The position numbers were made by a program, and so were the translations under genes. The notes under the pieces are model-generated. The model made no database searches. It saw nothing but the letters and a program-made list of their open reading frames with translations, and had not been told where the DNA came from. A stretch of DNA of 64,000 bases. Origin: Macrostomum lignano. Lineage: Eukaryota. Shown piece by piece: positions 12,471-34,545 of the stretch (the first letter of the stretch is position 1; each line of letters starts with the position of its first letter). Where the stretch lies: contig NIVC01001129.1 of NCBI GenBank assembly GCA_002269645.1, positions 1-64,000 on the forward strand. The letters are read 5' to 3'.

Positions 12471-13042
12471 GAAAATGGGACTATGACTTTCTATTGAGTA
12501 ATTCTAATTCCAGCTAACATCGAAAAAGCTGCATTATAAAGCAGACTAGCTGACTAAAGTGTTTTTTCGTCTTCTTTTTTTCTCATCCAAGAATGAATAG
12601 CCGTGTTGGCACTCAGCTTACCTCTTCAGCTGCTTTACAATTGGCCTTCTACAAGAAGGCTTTCTCATTAGCGAATTCCCAGCCGAGAAGGCTGTTGGAC
12701 CTCCGCACCGTAAACATAAGCAAGAGCTCCTAATGCTGAAGCGTTGCCATAACAACCCGCAGACAAGAGAGCCTAAACATAGGCTTGGAAGTTTTCTTTC
12801 TTTGACTTCCAAATCGCGCGACGGAACGCATAAATATTTGAGCTAATTAAAGAGACCTAACTGAGTCTGCCTAACACGCGGGGTTTTACTCGCCAAGAGG
12901 GACTTTGCTAACAATCCAACTACGAGCTACAAATTTTTTTTCTCTCCTCTTCGCATCAACCAACGCACAACTACATTGAGAACTGTGTACAAAATTGAGG
13001 CTAACAATTTATTGCCAAAGTTTTTTGTGGGAATAGTCCTAC

Positions 13043-13195
13043 GTCAGTCATTGGGAACAGACCCCGATGTTCAGTAGAACTGTCCAATGTCAGTCATTGG
13101 GAACAGACCCCGATGTTCAGTAGAACTGTCCAATGTCAGTCATTGGGAACAGACCCCGATGTTCAGTGGAACTGTCCAATGTCAGTCATTGGGAA
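13043..13195. repeat. 46-bp tandem repeat, ~3.3 copies
   Basis: GTCAGTCATTGGGAACAGACCCCGATGTTCAGTAGAACTGTCCAAT repeated head to tail with no spacers. Confidence 0.95.
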
Positions 13196-13249
13196 TCATT
13201 GGCGATCTTTAAATGTGAAGACTAAATTTATTGCATGTAAATGCCGCTA

Positions 13250-16200
13250 CCTCTAAGTGGTCAGGCGGTGAGCCGCTCTTAACTGCTGCGGCGGCCAACA
13301 GTGGCAGGACCAAGCGGGGGCAGCGAAGCGAGCGTCGGCGTGAGCGAAATCGACGCGGTCGGCAACGTGGTGCTGCCCGTCGAGCTGCTGCCGCTCTGGC
13401 CCATATTGATCCTTTGGGTGGTGCCAGGGACCGAGAGGCTCATTTACATCGAGCCCCAGCTGTACCACAGGGCACGCTTCGGGTCGGGACGCTGAATCGC
13501 CGCACTCTCAAGGCCGCCTGGCGGAGAGGGGCTCTGGCAAAGCTAGCGCTCGACCTAAGCTGTGACGTCTTCGCATTGCAGGAGGTATCTATCAGGGCTG
13601 ATACGGGGCTTCACTGTGAGGATCTGGGCGCCGGATGGACCCTTTAATATACATCAGCAGACCAACGAGGCCATAGAGGAGTTGGAGCGCTGGTCGGACC
13701 GAGGCTGCAGCAGAGCTGTCACTGCGTCTCTCTGTCCCCTCGGCTGCTCCGGGTCGACGTTCGGCTTCGCGGCCGGAACGCTCGCCTGTTCTGTGCGTAC
13801 GCGCCTCCTGCCAAACGCCCTGACGAGGCTCAAGAATTCTTTGAGCAGCTCTCGGTACAGTTGGAGGAAACGGCGCAGCGTGATACATTGATAATCCTCG
13901 ACCTGAACGCGGTTTAGCGTAGGTCCGAGTGGTCACTGTTCGTCACACCGCGTGAGAACGGCAACACCGGAGCGCTGGAGGACTTCCTAGAGAGGCAGGA
14001 CATGGTGTCGGCCAACACCCGCTTCCGCAAGACGCTAGGCAGGCTCGCAAATTTTTTTGGGCTGCAAGCGCAGGCGGCGGAAAGCGCGTGGCCGGAATGC
14101 AAAATGGAGGCAGGCACAGCTCGATCATGTGCTGGTGCGCTTCCTCGAGCGCCGCCGCGTCGTCAATTGCCGCGCCATCACGCCGCTTGCTCTGCGGTCC
14201 GATCATCGACTCCTCGTCTGCGACCTTCGTCGTCGTCACAATCCGCTCTATCGTCCACCGAAGCGGCCACCGCGGCGCTACTACCGCGCGCTCAGGGACG
14301 CCAACACGCACAGCCGCTTTGCTAGCGCTTTCATCACTGCGCTCAGCGGCAAGCGTGGAGGTGCCGAGTACGCCGAGGTGTGCGCTGCAGTTCGAGCCGC
14401 CGCGGAACAAGCAGTCCCGCTCTAGACCGGCCTAGAGTGAGCAGCCGGTATGGCAATACGACCCCACGATTCGGCAAGCGAGGGAAGAGCTGGAGCGACT
14501 CCGTTTGAGCAGGCGACCAACCCGCGAGGCAGAGGAGGCCTTGGCGGCTGCCCATTTACAGCACAAGCAGGCTGCTGTTGATGACACCATTCGGGCCGTC
14601 TCTGCCGCTGGGCCTGATGCCAGAGGCCGCGTGGTCTGGTCGGCTATCAATGCTCTGACAGGGCGAAAGCGGTGCATTCCGCTAAACCTGGCAGGCGACT
14701 CTGCGGACGAGCGCAGGAAAGAGCTGCGTGAATTCTTCGCCACCATTGTCAACGCGCTGCCACCACCGCTGCCAGAGAGTCTGACGCTGCCGCCGGAGAT
14801 GCCGTTGCCCGCAGAGGAGAGCTTCAGCCTAGCACCAGTCAGCACAGCCGACGTTGTGAGGCTCGCCCAACAGTCACAGGGCGGGAAAGCGCTGGGTCCA
14901 GACGAGGTGCGCATCGAGGCGCTGCGCATCCACTGTGTGGTCAGTGAGGTCGTCAGAGTGATGAATCGCGTGCTCTTCGGTGAGGAGGCACCCAATGAAT
15001 GGACCACGGTGCACATCGTCGCAGTTCCTAAGAAGCCGGGCACCACGAGGCTTGATGAGCATCGAGGTACCTGCCTTCAGTCCTGCGCTGCGAAGTTGTT
15101 CAACCGGATGCTGTTATCGCGGTTGCAGCCCGTGCTGGATCCGTACCTGCGTCCTGAGCAAAACGGCTTCCGGCCCCATCGCAGCACTGTGACACAAATC
15201 CTGGCTCTTTGGCGAGTCATCGAGGAAGCATGAATACGCCAGTCGATCCTGATTGTTGTCTTCATATATTAGATTTCAAGAAGGCATTCGACTCGGTCGT
15301 CAGGTCTGTGCTCCCAAAGGTGCTCCGTGCGTACAACGTGCCAGAGCAGCTCATTTCCGCCATCATGGCGATGTACCATGATACGAAAGCTGCTGTTTGT
15401 GGCGGCCAGACTGTGCGACCGGCAGCACCAGTGCAGCCGCACTGGAAACCCCCCCCCCCGCGTACCTCTGTCTAGCTGAGGTGGGGTGGTGGCGCACCGC
15501 GCTAGCCGGCTCGCTAAGCCAGGGGGGTTGGCGTAGCCAATCACGCCACGCCACATGTGCGCACCTCCCTCGGCCCCTCAATAATCTCGCTATGCATATA
15601 ATGTATGTATAAATATTAATGTATGTATAAATATACGCGCAATGCAGTGCAACATCTTTGCTGCCATTCCATCTATTGAACTAATTAAGGCCTTCCGCCT
15701 CATGTTTCAACATCGGACGGCCTATCGGACTTCTTTGAGACATCCTCCGGGGTGCTTCAGGGTGCGTCAGGTTCGTTCTGGTGCTTGACTGGGTGCTGAG
15801 GACCGCTCTTCCTGCCAACGACGACAGATTTCTGTTGCGGCGACGCGTAGGTCGACGTCGACTGGAGAGGCGACTCAGCGTGCTTGGCTACGCCGACGAC
15901 CTCGCCCTGCTGTCCTGAAATGTCAAAAGCGCCCATAAACAGCTGGAAAAACTTGTTGCCGTTGCGGCGAGTGTCGGCTGGGTAGTCAACACGCAGAAGA
16001 CTGTCGTGCTTTTCGTGCCGGACGACATCGAGGCTGCAATTTTGTGCTGATGCGCAGATGGACAAGCGACGGAGCTTCCGTGTTGTCAGCAGTTCATCTA
16101 CGCTGGCGGTCTGGTTCCCGGCGTCCATGAGGATCTGCGGCGTCACCGCGGACGTGCCTGGGCTGCCTTTCGTTCTTTGAGGGCAGTCTTGCAGTTTGAG

Positions 16201-16530
16201 GCCCTGCCTGACCGCCAGAGGGTGGCGCTGTTCCAGGCGGTGCTCGAGACCGTCTTGCTGTACAACGCTGAGATCTGGACGATGACGGACTCGCTCGAGC
16301 AACAAGTTGATGCGGTGCACGCTGGCCTGCTGCACTTCGCCTTCAAGATGGACAAAAAGCGACTTTCTACTCCACTGGACTCCAGCTGGCAGGCCTCATC
16401 ATCGAATCGTACGCCGAATCGTACTGTCTACGACCGGTGGAGGAGGGAGGTGCTGCTGCTGACGCTGCAGGTGCCCTACCAGCGAGGGACAGGCGCGCAC
16501 ATGGCGTTTTGTCGACTGCCTGCTGGCTTT
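13250..16530 (+). mobile_element. Decayed RTE-clade non-LTR retrotransposon (APE endonuclease + reverse transcriptase)
   Basis: APE: LRVGTLN, DVFALQEV, AYAP, DLNA, LDHVL, SDHR. RT: KALGPD, IVAVPKK, EQNGFRPHRS, DFKKAFDSV, GVLQG, LGYADDLAL (~15885), VLLYNAEIW. Multiple stops and frameshifts; 3' end truncated. Confidence 0.92.
15398..15702. mobile_element. Solo LTR (305 bp) inserted in the RTE reverse transcriptase
   Basis: Begins TGTGGCGG, ends CCGCCTCA (TG...CA, 7/8 inverted). Flanked by TGTT at 15394-15397 and 15703-15706. Removing it restores the RT frame KAAV-STSDGLSDFFETSSGVLQG. Confidence 0.85.
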
Positions 16531-17130
16531 CTAAATACCCTGACACCGTATTTTGTTGCTGCGGTCTGTCACTCATTTTGCTACGCAATCAATTTTTTCC
16601 TTCGCGTAAAGTTTGGATACACTTTCCTCAGCTAACTCATATGGCCCTTGATGATCACCTGCAGTTCATTTGCTTCCCAATCAAACTCATAAAAATTTGA
16701 AGTGTATTTTATTAGGTCAGAGTATATAAGATAAAATTGCGATGGAAAAAAGCATGCAAAAGTGCCATGGCCGTATAGAAGCTGAATAAGTTACGGATGA
16801 GTGACTTTGCTCTGCCGTGTCGAACTGTGCAGCTTGAACTCACGTCGAGTCACTTGCCGTACCTCGAAGAACCCAATAGATGACGTGATATCTCTGAAAA
16901 TTTAATTTAGAAACATATTTATAAATAGTATTCGCGTATCGTATTGAAAACTACAGAAAAATAAGGCTGATGTCTGTCGACTAATCGATAATCTTCCTTA
17001 CCCTCACATGTCACAGGACAATATATGAAAAGTCGAACCTAGAGAATCCTTCTTTATTTTACGCCCTATTTAAGCCCCAATTCAGAGTACGAGTCAAATT
17101 TATTTGGGGCTCAATCACGAAGAATGGCTT

Positions 17131-20100
17131 ATTGCTTGGGAAAATCTAGCATATTAGGGCAACCTCCAACGGACGCTTGACGATGAGAGTCGGGGCCGCT
17201 GTACGCTCGTACACCCTGTGTGAGCCCGTGTCTGCTTGCCTTCTTGCTAGCGGCGGGTCGACTTTCGTCTCGACTTTCTGATGCCCTAATCAAACAAAGA
17301 TATCATAATTAATAGATCGAGCTTACCAACTCCATAAGCTACCACATCGCAGAGTTCAAAAAGCGTTGTCAGGCTACTGTCATTGATTCCGCCCATGCGG
17401 ACAGTAAGCTCGCTAGCCTGAGCACCCTGGCAGTTAAACGATTCTGCAACGCTCAAGTCCATGCTGTCCACTCTGCTGCATAGTTGTCTGCCAGCCAGCA
17501 CCTCAAAAATTTGACAGTTGTTGTCAACTGGTGGCGACGATTCCGGCGAAGAGGAGGTCAAGCACGAGTCCAGAATGACCCGGCCAACTTTGACGCTGCG
17601 TCCAAACTGACCGCGCCAATCGAAATTCGCTGCTGCAACGTCTGCGTTGGAACTGAAATCTGACGAAAGGGACTCGCAAGCGGATGAGGATGCACTTTTC
17701 GATTTAGCGCCGTCTATCGAAGTCTGTCGGCAATTGATAAATGTCAACGGCTGAGAGTCTGGAAGAAGTGGGGACGCAAACAAAGCTGTAAAGAACTTTT
17801 GACGGGGGCGTACGCTGAGAGTAATTTACGACGTATCAGTTCTACGTCACTAAAATAAATCTGCTGTGTCTACGACAAAATTTATAATGATAATAATAAT
17901 AATTGATGAGAATTAACTAATAATGAAATGAAATGTCACCTGTCCAAACGGGCAGATGTGCAACCGACAGCTATTGCGTGGCGCATTTGAAGGCTGCGTA
18001 CGGCTTTTTCAGTCCATGGACTGGGGGTTGCCACAAAAATCCTCAATTACCCCACCTAATGTCATTTTACAGCTGGGTGATCTGAAGCAATGCAGAGTCA
18101 AGTGTCTAGCTCAAGGACACAAATTGTTCCGAGTTTGGTTAGGGTTAAGGATAGACCTTTCAGTAGTGATTCCGACGCTCTAACCACTAGGCTACAACCC
18201 CCCTACGACAAAGAGCCAGCGCACTCTTGCAAAATAAAAGATCCTTAACAATAAATCCACTAAGAGCTGAGGCATAGCAAGCTGGCAAGGAGAGGGGAGG
18301 GGCGAGGCCCCTTTCAAAAGGCTGACAAAAACGATGATACCCCATTGCAAGCTGTAGCTCCTTGGTGTTGCCACAGCTCCATCGAAGGCGAACCCCCAAG
18401 GACCTGCTACTACAACAGATTTAAACAAAATAATGTAGAATACTTCTAAAAAACAGGCACTCCATTTTCCACCACTTTAATTGCGAGTGCATATTTAGTT
18501 ATCCAGGAATGCTTTGTCGTTGAAAGTGCCGTCTCACAACTAGCACGACACTTGAACGTACCAGGGTCAAACACGCGAATCGCGCAAACCGGTCCAGGGT
18601 AGTCGCAATTTTTCTCCACTTTCGACGGCGTCTTCGTCTCCGAGGCGTCGTCTGGACGCCGAACCCCGACTAGCAGGGAGCCGGTCTTGTCGCCGGAACA
18701 GTCGAAGATGCCCAGCGATCGGGCCAGTTGGTCCAGACGGCAATGCCGACTGGGTAGAGCGGCGTCCCAAGGCCGGGCAATCACGACGATTCCCTGCGGC
18801 AGGTGTCGGTCGACACTTTTAGCGGACGAGTTCAGCAAGGCGCCCTTGACCACCACACGTTGCAGACGGACTGGCCGATTGAACTGGCCGAGCCAGGACC
18901 AGTGGAATGGGTCTCGGCGAGGACAGTCGATCGGATAGCCGCTGTACACTTTCCAGCAGTCGCTGTCATCTTTTATGACTTCGTCAACGCCCTCTGATCC
19001 GTCGGATTTTGTCAAGCGTCGTCGACTCGAACCTGGGATGCTCGAGGGGCTGGCGGCAGCAGCCGTGGGACGAGAAGCTTTTGTCAGTGGCCGGCTGTTT
19101 TCAATCCATTTGCAGGATTGGAAGGCCAGATTGGCTGTGGGTAAAATTTTCGTTGCTTTTAGATTTTTTCATCATTGAGATTTCTCAGAGAAAAAGCTTT
19201 CGAGTGAAATTCAAGATCTGAGACCGAGATCCGGGATCTGAAAATGAAATTTAGAAACAGAGAGTGTGACAGGATTTAAAGATGAGATTCAAGATCCAAA
19301 TATGAGATTTTTGAGAATCTAATTTGAATGTGGGAAGGTTAAGAATCTGTAAGTGAGATACGCTCGTAAAAGTCCAAGGTATATCATACTCGTAGTATTT
19401 TTCCCCAACTTCGAACGGTCTTTCAGATTATCATAGCAAGCAGACAACCATTTTAACCAGTTTAATTAAATCACTTATGAACGAAGTAAAATATAAAATT
19501 TTCAAACATGACTAACCTTTTCAAGCTCGACTTTGGCAAAAGTGACTTCAATTTTGGCAGCCCATAGAAAAAGCATACGCCTGCCAGCAACATGTCTATG
19601 GTCAACTGTGGTAGAATCGGTTAAAGCGTGCATTCAACTTTGGCAAAAGTGAGCGAATTTTGGCAACTCAACCGAACAAGATGCCGAACGCGCGTATATC
19701 GCTGCAGGATCGAGAACGGCTGGTGCGCAGCTACCAAGAAGGAAGAGACTGGAGACGACTGGCGAAGGACCTCGACATAAAGAGAACCACGGCCGACACA
19801 ATTATCCACAGGTTTGTCACTGAAGATCGCGTTGCACTGAAGCAACGAGGAGGAGCCGTGAGGCCAAAATTTACACCACCAATGTTAAATGCTGTGACTC
19901 CGTTTGTTGAAGAGAAGCCCACCATAACGTTGAGGGAGATGAAGGAGAAGATGGAAGCCGAACTTCCAGGCGCACCTGGCGTGTCGGTGCAGGCAATCAG
20001 CCGTCGCCTGGACTGTACTCTGTACATCACGCTGAAGGACGTTCGGCGAGTGCATGAGCACTTGAATTCAATGACTTTAACAGTAACAACGACAGTATCG

Positions 20101-21332
20101 TGCTTTGTGCTTAAATCTTGTTTCCTAGTCCGTTTGTTACCGTTTTTCGTTCAGTTTATTGTGTTGCCAAAATTCGCTCACTTTTGCAAAAGTTGAATGC
20201 ACGCTTTAACCGATTCTACCACAGTTGACCATAGACATGTTGCTGGCAGGCGTATGCTTTTTCTATGGGCTGCCAAAATTGAAGTCACTTTTGCCAAAGT
20301 CGAGCTTGAAAAGGTATATTAGTGACGATTTGGACACTATTACGTTGATATAGCGAGGCTTATTGATTCGATGTTTATGGATCGAACCACTACGAAGACA
20401 TCCACAAGCCCTCGCTTCGATTTTACGTTAGAAGATTTGCTCATGGCTGTTGTCGATGGCTACGAAGCTGTTAAGAAAGCTGCTTGAATAATCAAAACGT
20501 TCCAACAAAAGACCGTATAGACTTATTTGACCAGAAAACGTTCCAACAAAAGACCGTATAGACTTATTTGACCAGAAAACGTTCCAACAAAAGACCATAT
20601 AGACTTATTTGACCAGAAAACGTTCCAACAAAAGACCATATAGACTTATTTGACCAGAAAACGTTCCGACAAAAGACCATATAGACTTATTTGACCAGAA
20701 AACGTTCCAACAAAAGACCGTATAGACTTATTTGACCAGAAAACGTTCCAACAAAAGACCATAGACTTATTTGACCAGAAAACGTTCCAACAAAAGACCA
20801 TAGACTTATTTGACCAGAAAACGTTCCAACAAAAGACTATAGACTTATTTGACCAGAAAACGTTCCAACAAAAGACCATAGACTTATTTGACCAGAAAAC
20901 GTTCCAACAAAAGACCATAGACTTATTTGACCAGAAAACGTTCCAACAAAAGACCATAGACTTATTTGACCAGAAAACGTTCCAACAAAAGACCATAGAC
21001 TTATTTGACCAGAAAACGTTCCAACACAAGACCATAGACTTATTTGACCAGAAAACGTTCCAACAAAAGACTATAGACTTATTTGACCAGAAAACGTTCC
21101 AACAAAAGACTATAGACTTATTTGACCAGAAAACGTTCCAACAAAAAACCGTATAGACTTATTAGACCAGAAAACGTTCCAACACAAGACCATAGACTTA
21201 TTTGATGGGACAAGAGGGGAATAATGATGCGAAAAAATCAATCTTTCGATAGTGCTGCTTACAGAATTCCGGCATTGTAGCTGAGACAAGCATCAAGCTG
21301 ATGCTAAGAAGCATCACATCGGTCAGAATCAT
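17131..21332 (-). CDS. Secreted protein with two divergent FTP/discoidin-like domains (copy 4); exons 21332-21263, 19134-18562, 17785-17327, plus a short last exon near 17285-17130 (acceptor ambiguous)
   Basis: Exon 1 MILTDVMLLSISLMLVSATMPEF is signal-peptide-like. Phase-1 GT-AG junctions; exon 2 (573 nt) and exon 3 (459 nt) are open. Motifs ANLAF, WLGQFNRPVRLQRVVV, FNC...LFELCDVVAYG resemble the FHLCEIDILAG end of the neighbouring FTP exons. Domain identity is inference. Confidence 0.6.
17925..18195 (-). mobile_element. tRNA-derived SINE with CORE-like central region
   Basis: Minus 5' end TAGCCTAGTGGTTAGAGCG (A box). Plus strand CAGCTGGGTGATCTGAAGCAATGCAGAGTCAAGTGTCTAGCTCAAGGACAC resembles MIR/CORE-type sequence. 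Short (CATTT)n tail. Confidence 0.55.
19515..20315 (+). mobile_element. Internally deleted Tc1-like transposon with ~153-bp IR/DR terminal repeats
   Basis: 19515-19667 is a near-perfect inverted copy of 20163-20315, with TA at the ends. Each TIR holds two direct repeats ACTTTGGCAAAAGTGA...AATTTTGGCA. ORF from ATG 19681 encodes paired-like HTH segments (LAKDLDIKRTTADTIIHRF, RGG, PTITLREM) but no DDE domain. Confidence 0.9.
20490..21205. repeat. 39/41-bp minisatellite in intron 1 of lectin copy 4
   Basis: (GACTTATTTGACCAGAAAACGTTCCAACAAAAGACCATA[TA])n. Confidence 0.97.
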
Positions 21333-22406
21333 ACTGTTGCTTTTAATTGTTTAGCTAAAAACTGTTACAAATTTAAGAGAGATTGTGGAACAGAGAGATA
21401 CAAGAGCCTTAGAGCAAGTGCGAGGTCTGTCGTATTTATATTTCGGACAATTCCACCTTGTATCCAGTACTCAAGGTAGCATTACTGTTTGAGTCTGAGT
21501 CAAAAGCTCATGCGACCTCAGCTGAACTCGGGAGTGTATGAGATGTTGCGTAAAAAGCGTTTCAAGGGGTTAAATAATGTGAGAAAATGAATCTTAGAGA
21601 ACTATAATTTGGGCTATTCTGAAGTGTTTATGCCAGCTTCATTCCCACAGTTTAAAAGCAGATTTTGTTCAAAACAATTCGCGAAAAAGAATTGTTTTAT
21701 TGTCGGGCTGTGTCACACCTGTGCGACAGTAAGGTTTTTAGCGGGGCTAACAAATATCTTGAGTAATTATAGTCAATTATAGGTTATGCAAAAGGCAAAG
21801 AGAGTCATACCGCGCAAACATATTGATACATTGTTTACATGTACAGGGGAGAGAGTAGAAAAAACAATTGCCATTTTCAAACTTTTCACGATAGAACAAG
21901 AAAGCGAGCACGAGCTAACTACTGAATAAGTAGTAGAGATAGCGAAGCTTTAAAACCTGTTTCAAATTAAAAGCGATCGCAAATTTAAATTAGTAAGGAG
22001 CTATCCTTGAAGAGCGTCAATGACCAAAATGAGGTAGATTTCAATACAGGCTGTAAAATCGAAAAATGTTAATGAAGATCAAAAACTGGGTGATGAAAAA
22101 GGAATTGAAACGCCCGGTGATTATTTTATAATATAATGACTGCCTAGCTGCAAATATGTACAATCTGCTTGTGTGATATGCATTGTTTGTGTGACACTGC
22201 GCGAGACACTTTTACTGACTCTCTTTTGCAAAGCAGTCAGAGAAAAAATGTGAGTAAAGCAGCTGCAAAACTAGCAAAATTAGTTGGACAAAACTTGCAT
22301 TGATTTTTAGATGAGCCAGAGCATAGCAGGATGATCTGAGGATGGGTTGATTTATTCTGAGTGCTGTTTGAAAATCAAATAGAAAAGCAAAAATATTCTT
22401 ATTAGC

Positions 22407-22812
22407 TAATGTACATATACTGCCTGGCTCTCTCTCTCCAACCCGATCTTGAGTCCACCAATGTACATACCGGCTGGCCCTTTATCTCTAACCCGACCTT
22501 GAATCCACCAATGTACATACTGCCTGGCTCTCTCTCTCCAACCCGATCTTGAATCCACCAATGTACATACCGACTAGCCCTTTATCTTTAACTCGGCCTT
22601 GAATTCACCAATGTACATACAGGCTGGCCCTTTACCTCTAACCCGGCCTTGAATTCACCAATGTACATACCGACTGGCCCTTTATCTCTAACCCGACCTT
22701 GAATTCACCAATGTACATACCGACTGGCCCTTTATCTCTAACCCGACCTTGAATCCACCAATGTACATACCGACTGGCTTTATCTCTCTACATGTACTAG
22801 CCCCGACCTTGA
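22407..22812. repeat. 50-bp minisatellite downstream of the Wnt stop codon
   Basis: CCAATGTACATAC recurs at 22458, 22508, 22558 and 22608, at exact 50-bp spacing. Confidence 0.93.
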
Positions 22813-22995
22813 AGTAGAAAAAGTACGAGCGTACATACAGTCTGAGTGATTTATTTGTACAAGGCAAACCTTAGCTTTCACTCAGTTACTCAAACGACAA
22901 CTACACAAGAGGAGGTAATGATGAGCAAGCAAAACAAAAAGCACTTGAACGTAAAAGCTGTTTTTGAGTTTTTAATAACGACTGACGATAAAGAA

Positions 22996-31940
<8,945 letters not shown>

Positions 31941-33069
31941 GTCGATGTTTTTCGCGTTGAAATTTTTGTTTGTCAAATTTGACCTGGGCTGTGATGGCAG
32001 AGTTTCCGGCTCGGAGAAAGTTACGAATAAGGGTTTCTTTCTCCTGGCAGAGAATGAGAGAATTGAAGCCTCTCTCTGTGAGAAAAGGAGCTGAAATTGG
32101 CCGCTATTGGTTGAAATTTTGCGGCTCTGGGGTTGGTCGGGCGTTGGCCATAGGCTTAGCCGGACCAGTGTGAGGTTGGAGTGGCGCCTTATAGGCAAAC
32201 TGAGCAATACCATTTGATGATGGAGGCGATACTTGACTGGGCCGAGGCTGTCAGGGCATAACAAACATTTTTATTGCGTCAAGCCCGGCCAGCCAGAGGC
32301 CCTTATACGAAATTTCGGGATAATTTTATTACAGAAAGTTTTACGAGGGCGTTGCGGAGGCGCTCCGTTGAGGGGCGACAGAGGGTCGCTTGGGCGCAGT
32401 TTAAACTTGAACTGCTTTTAGTTAGTAGGTAGATTTCTTGCGCCCTCTATAGGTCGCCAATCTCCTGTCGCCATGGGGATATGCCAAGGTTCCGAGATCC
32501 AACTGTGAGATATTATACGGTATCAATATACAGTCTATATAATAAAACAGGTCGAGAAATATGTAATTTTCGAAACTTTCGCCGACTGCTGGACGTCTGC
32601 ATGGTTATAAAAACCCTGGCATGGTTGATTATTCTACATGAGGCTCGATCTTGTTCGCACCTAAATGTGAATAATACATACAGTATGTACGATTTATTTC
32701 CCCGCGAACAGGAATATTTTAACAAATTTCAATCCCATTAGTGGGAATGGGGAGGCTTCCCATATGGGTTTTACGAGGCAGCCCAGCTGCCTCAGTGGCG
32801 CATAAAAATATCAATTTAGCTGATTGTGCTGTCTATATCGATATGAAGACAGTCTGCTAAATGAAGTTTGCTTTTTGTTATATTGTGCTCTTCAGATATG
32901 CTCTCTAATTCCTGTTCATCTCTGAAGGCTTTTGGGAAATCATTTTTTGGTTTATGCATTTGCGAATAATTCACTCAACCACACACATTCTTGAGATTAT
33001 GAGAAATCATTTCTATAACCACCGCGTGCAACTCTGCATTATTTTAGCTTAAATCTCACAGAGTGAGTC

Positions 33070-34545
33070 TCCATAATCTCATTGAGTGATTCTCCTAATC
33101 TCATTGAGTGATTTTCCAAATCTCACCGAGGGATTCTCCATAATCTCATTGAGTGATTCTCCTAATCTCATTGAGTGATTTTCCAAATCTCACCGAGGGA
33201 TTCTCCATAATCTCATTGAGTGATTCTCCATAATCTCATTGAGTGATTCTCCATAATCTCATTGAGTGATTCTCCTAATCTCACTGGAGTGATTCTCCAT
33301 AATCTTATTGAGTGATTCTCCTAATCTCACTGAGTGATTCCCTAAATCTCACTGAGTGATTCCCTAAATCTCACTGAGAGATTTTCCTCAGATCTCACTG
33401 AGTGATTCTCTAAATCTCACTGAGTGATTTTCCTCAGATATCACTGAGTGATTCTCTAAATCTCACTGAGAGATTTTCCTCAGATATCACTGAGTGATTC
33501 TCTAAATCTCACTGAGAGATTTTCCTCAGATATCACTGAGTGATTCTCTAAATCTCACTGAGTGATTTTCCTCAGATCTCACTGTGTGATTCTCTAAATC
33601 TCACTGAGTGATTTTTCTCAGATCTCACTGAGTGATTCTCTAAATCTCACTGAGTGATTTTCCAAATCTCACCGAGAGATTTTCCTCAGATCTCACTGAG
33701 TGATTCTCTAAATCTCACTGAGAGATTTTCCTCAGATATAACTGAGTGATTCTCTAAATCTCACTGAGAGATTTTCCTCAGATATCACTGAGTGATTCTC
33801 TAAATCTCACTGAGAGATTTTCCTCAGATCTCACTGTGTGATTCTCTAAATCTCACTGAGAGATTTTCCTCAGATCTCACTGAGTGATTCTCTAAATCTC
33901 ACTGAGTGATTTTCCAAATCTCACTGAGAGATTTTCCTCAGATCTCACTGAGTGATTCTCTAAATCTCACTGAGAGATTTTCCTCAGATCTCACTGATTG
34001 ATTCTCTAAATCTCACTGAGAGATTTTCCTCAGATCTCACTGAGTGATTCTCTAAATCTCACTGAGTGATTTTCCAAATCTCACCGAAAGATTTTCCTCA
34101 GATCTCACTGAGTGATTCTCTAAATCTCACTGAGAGATTTTCCTCAGATCTCACTGAGTGATTCTCTAAATCTCACTGAGTGATTTTCCTCAGATCTCAC
34201 TGTGTGATTCTCTAAATCTCACTGAGTGATTTTTCTCAGATCTCACTGAGTGATTCTCTAAATCTCACTGAGTGATTTTCCAAATCTCACCGAAAGATTT
34301 TCCTCAGATCTCACTGAGTGATTCTCTAAATCTCACTGAGAGATTTTCCTCAGATCTCACTGAGTGATTCTCTAAATCTCACTGAGTGATTTTCCTCAGA
34401 TCTCACTGTGTGATTCTCTAAATCTCACTGAGTGATTTTTCTCAGATCTCACTGAGTGATTCTCTAAATCTCACTGAGTGATTTTTCTCAGATCTCACTG
34501 AGTGATTCTCTAAATCTCACTGAGTGATTTTCCAAATCTCAAATC
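33070..34545. repeat. 22/24-bp quasi-palindromic minisatellite upstream of Wnt
   Basis: Alternating ATCTCACTGAGTGATTCTCTAA and ATCTCACTGAGAGATTTTCCTCAG. Confidence 0.96.

Noticed and set aside
13043-13195. CRISPR-like repeat
   Set aside because: Units are directly adjacent with no unique spacers; eukaryotic context; no cas genes.
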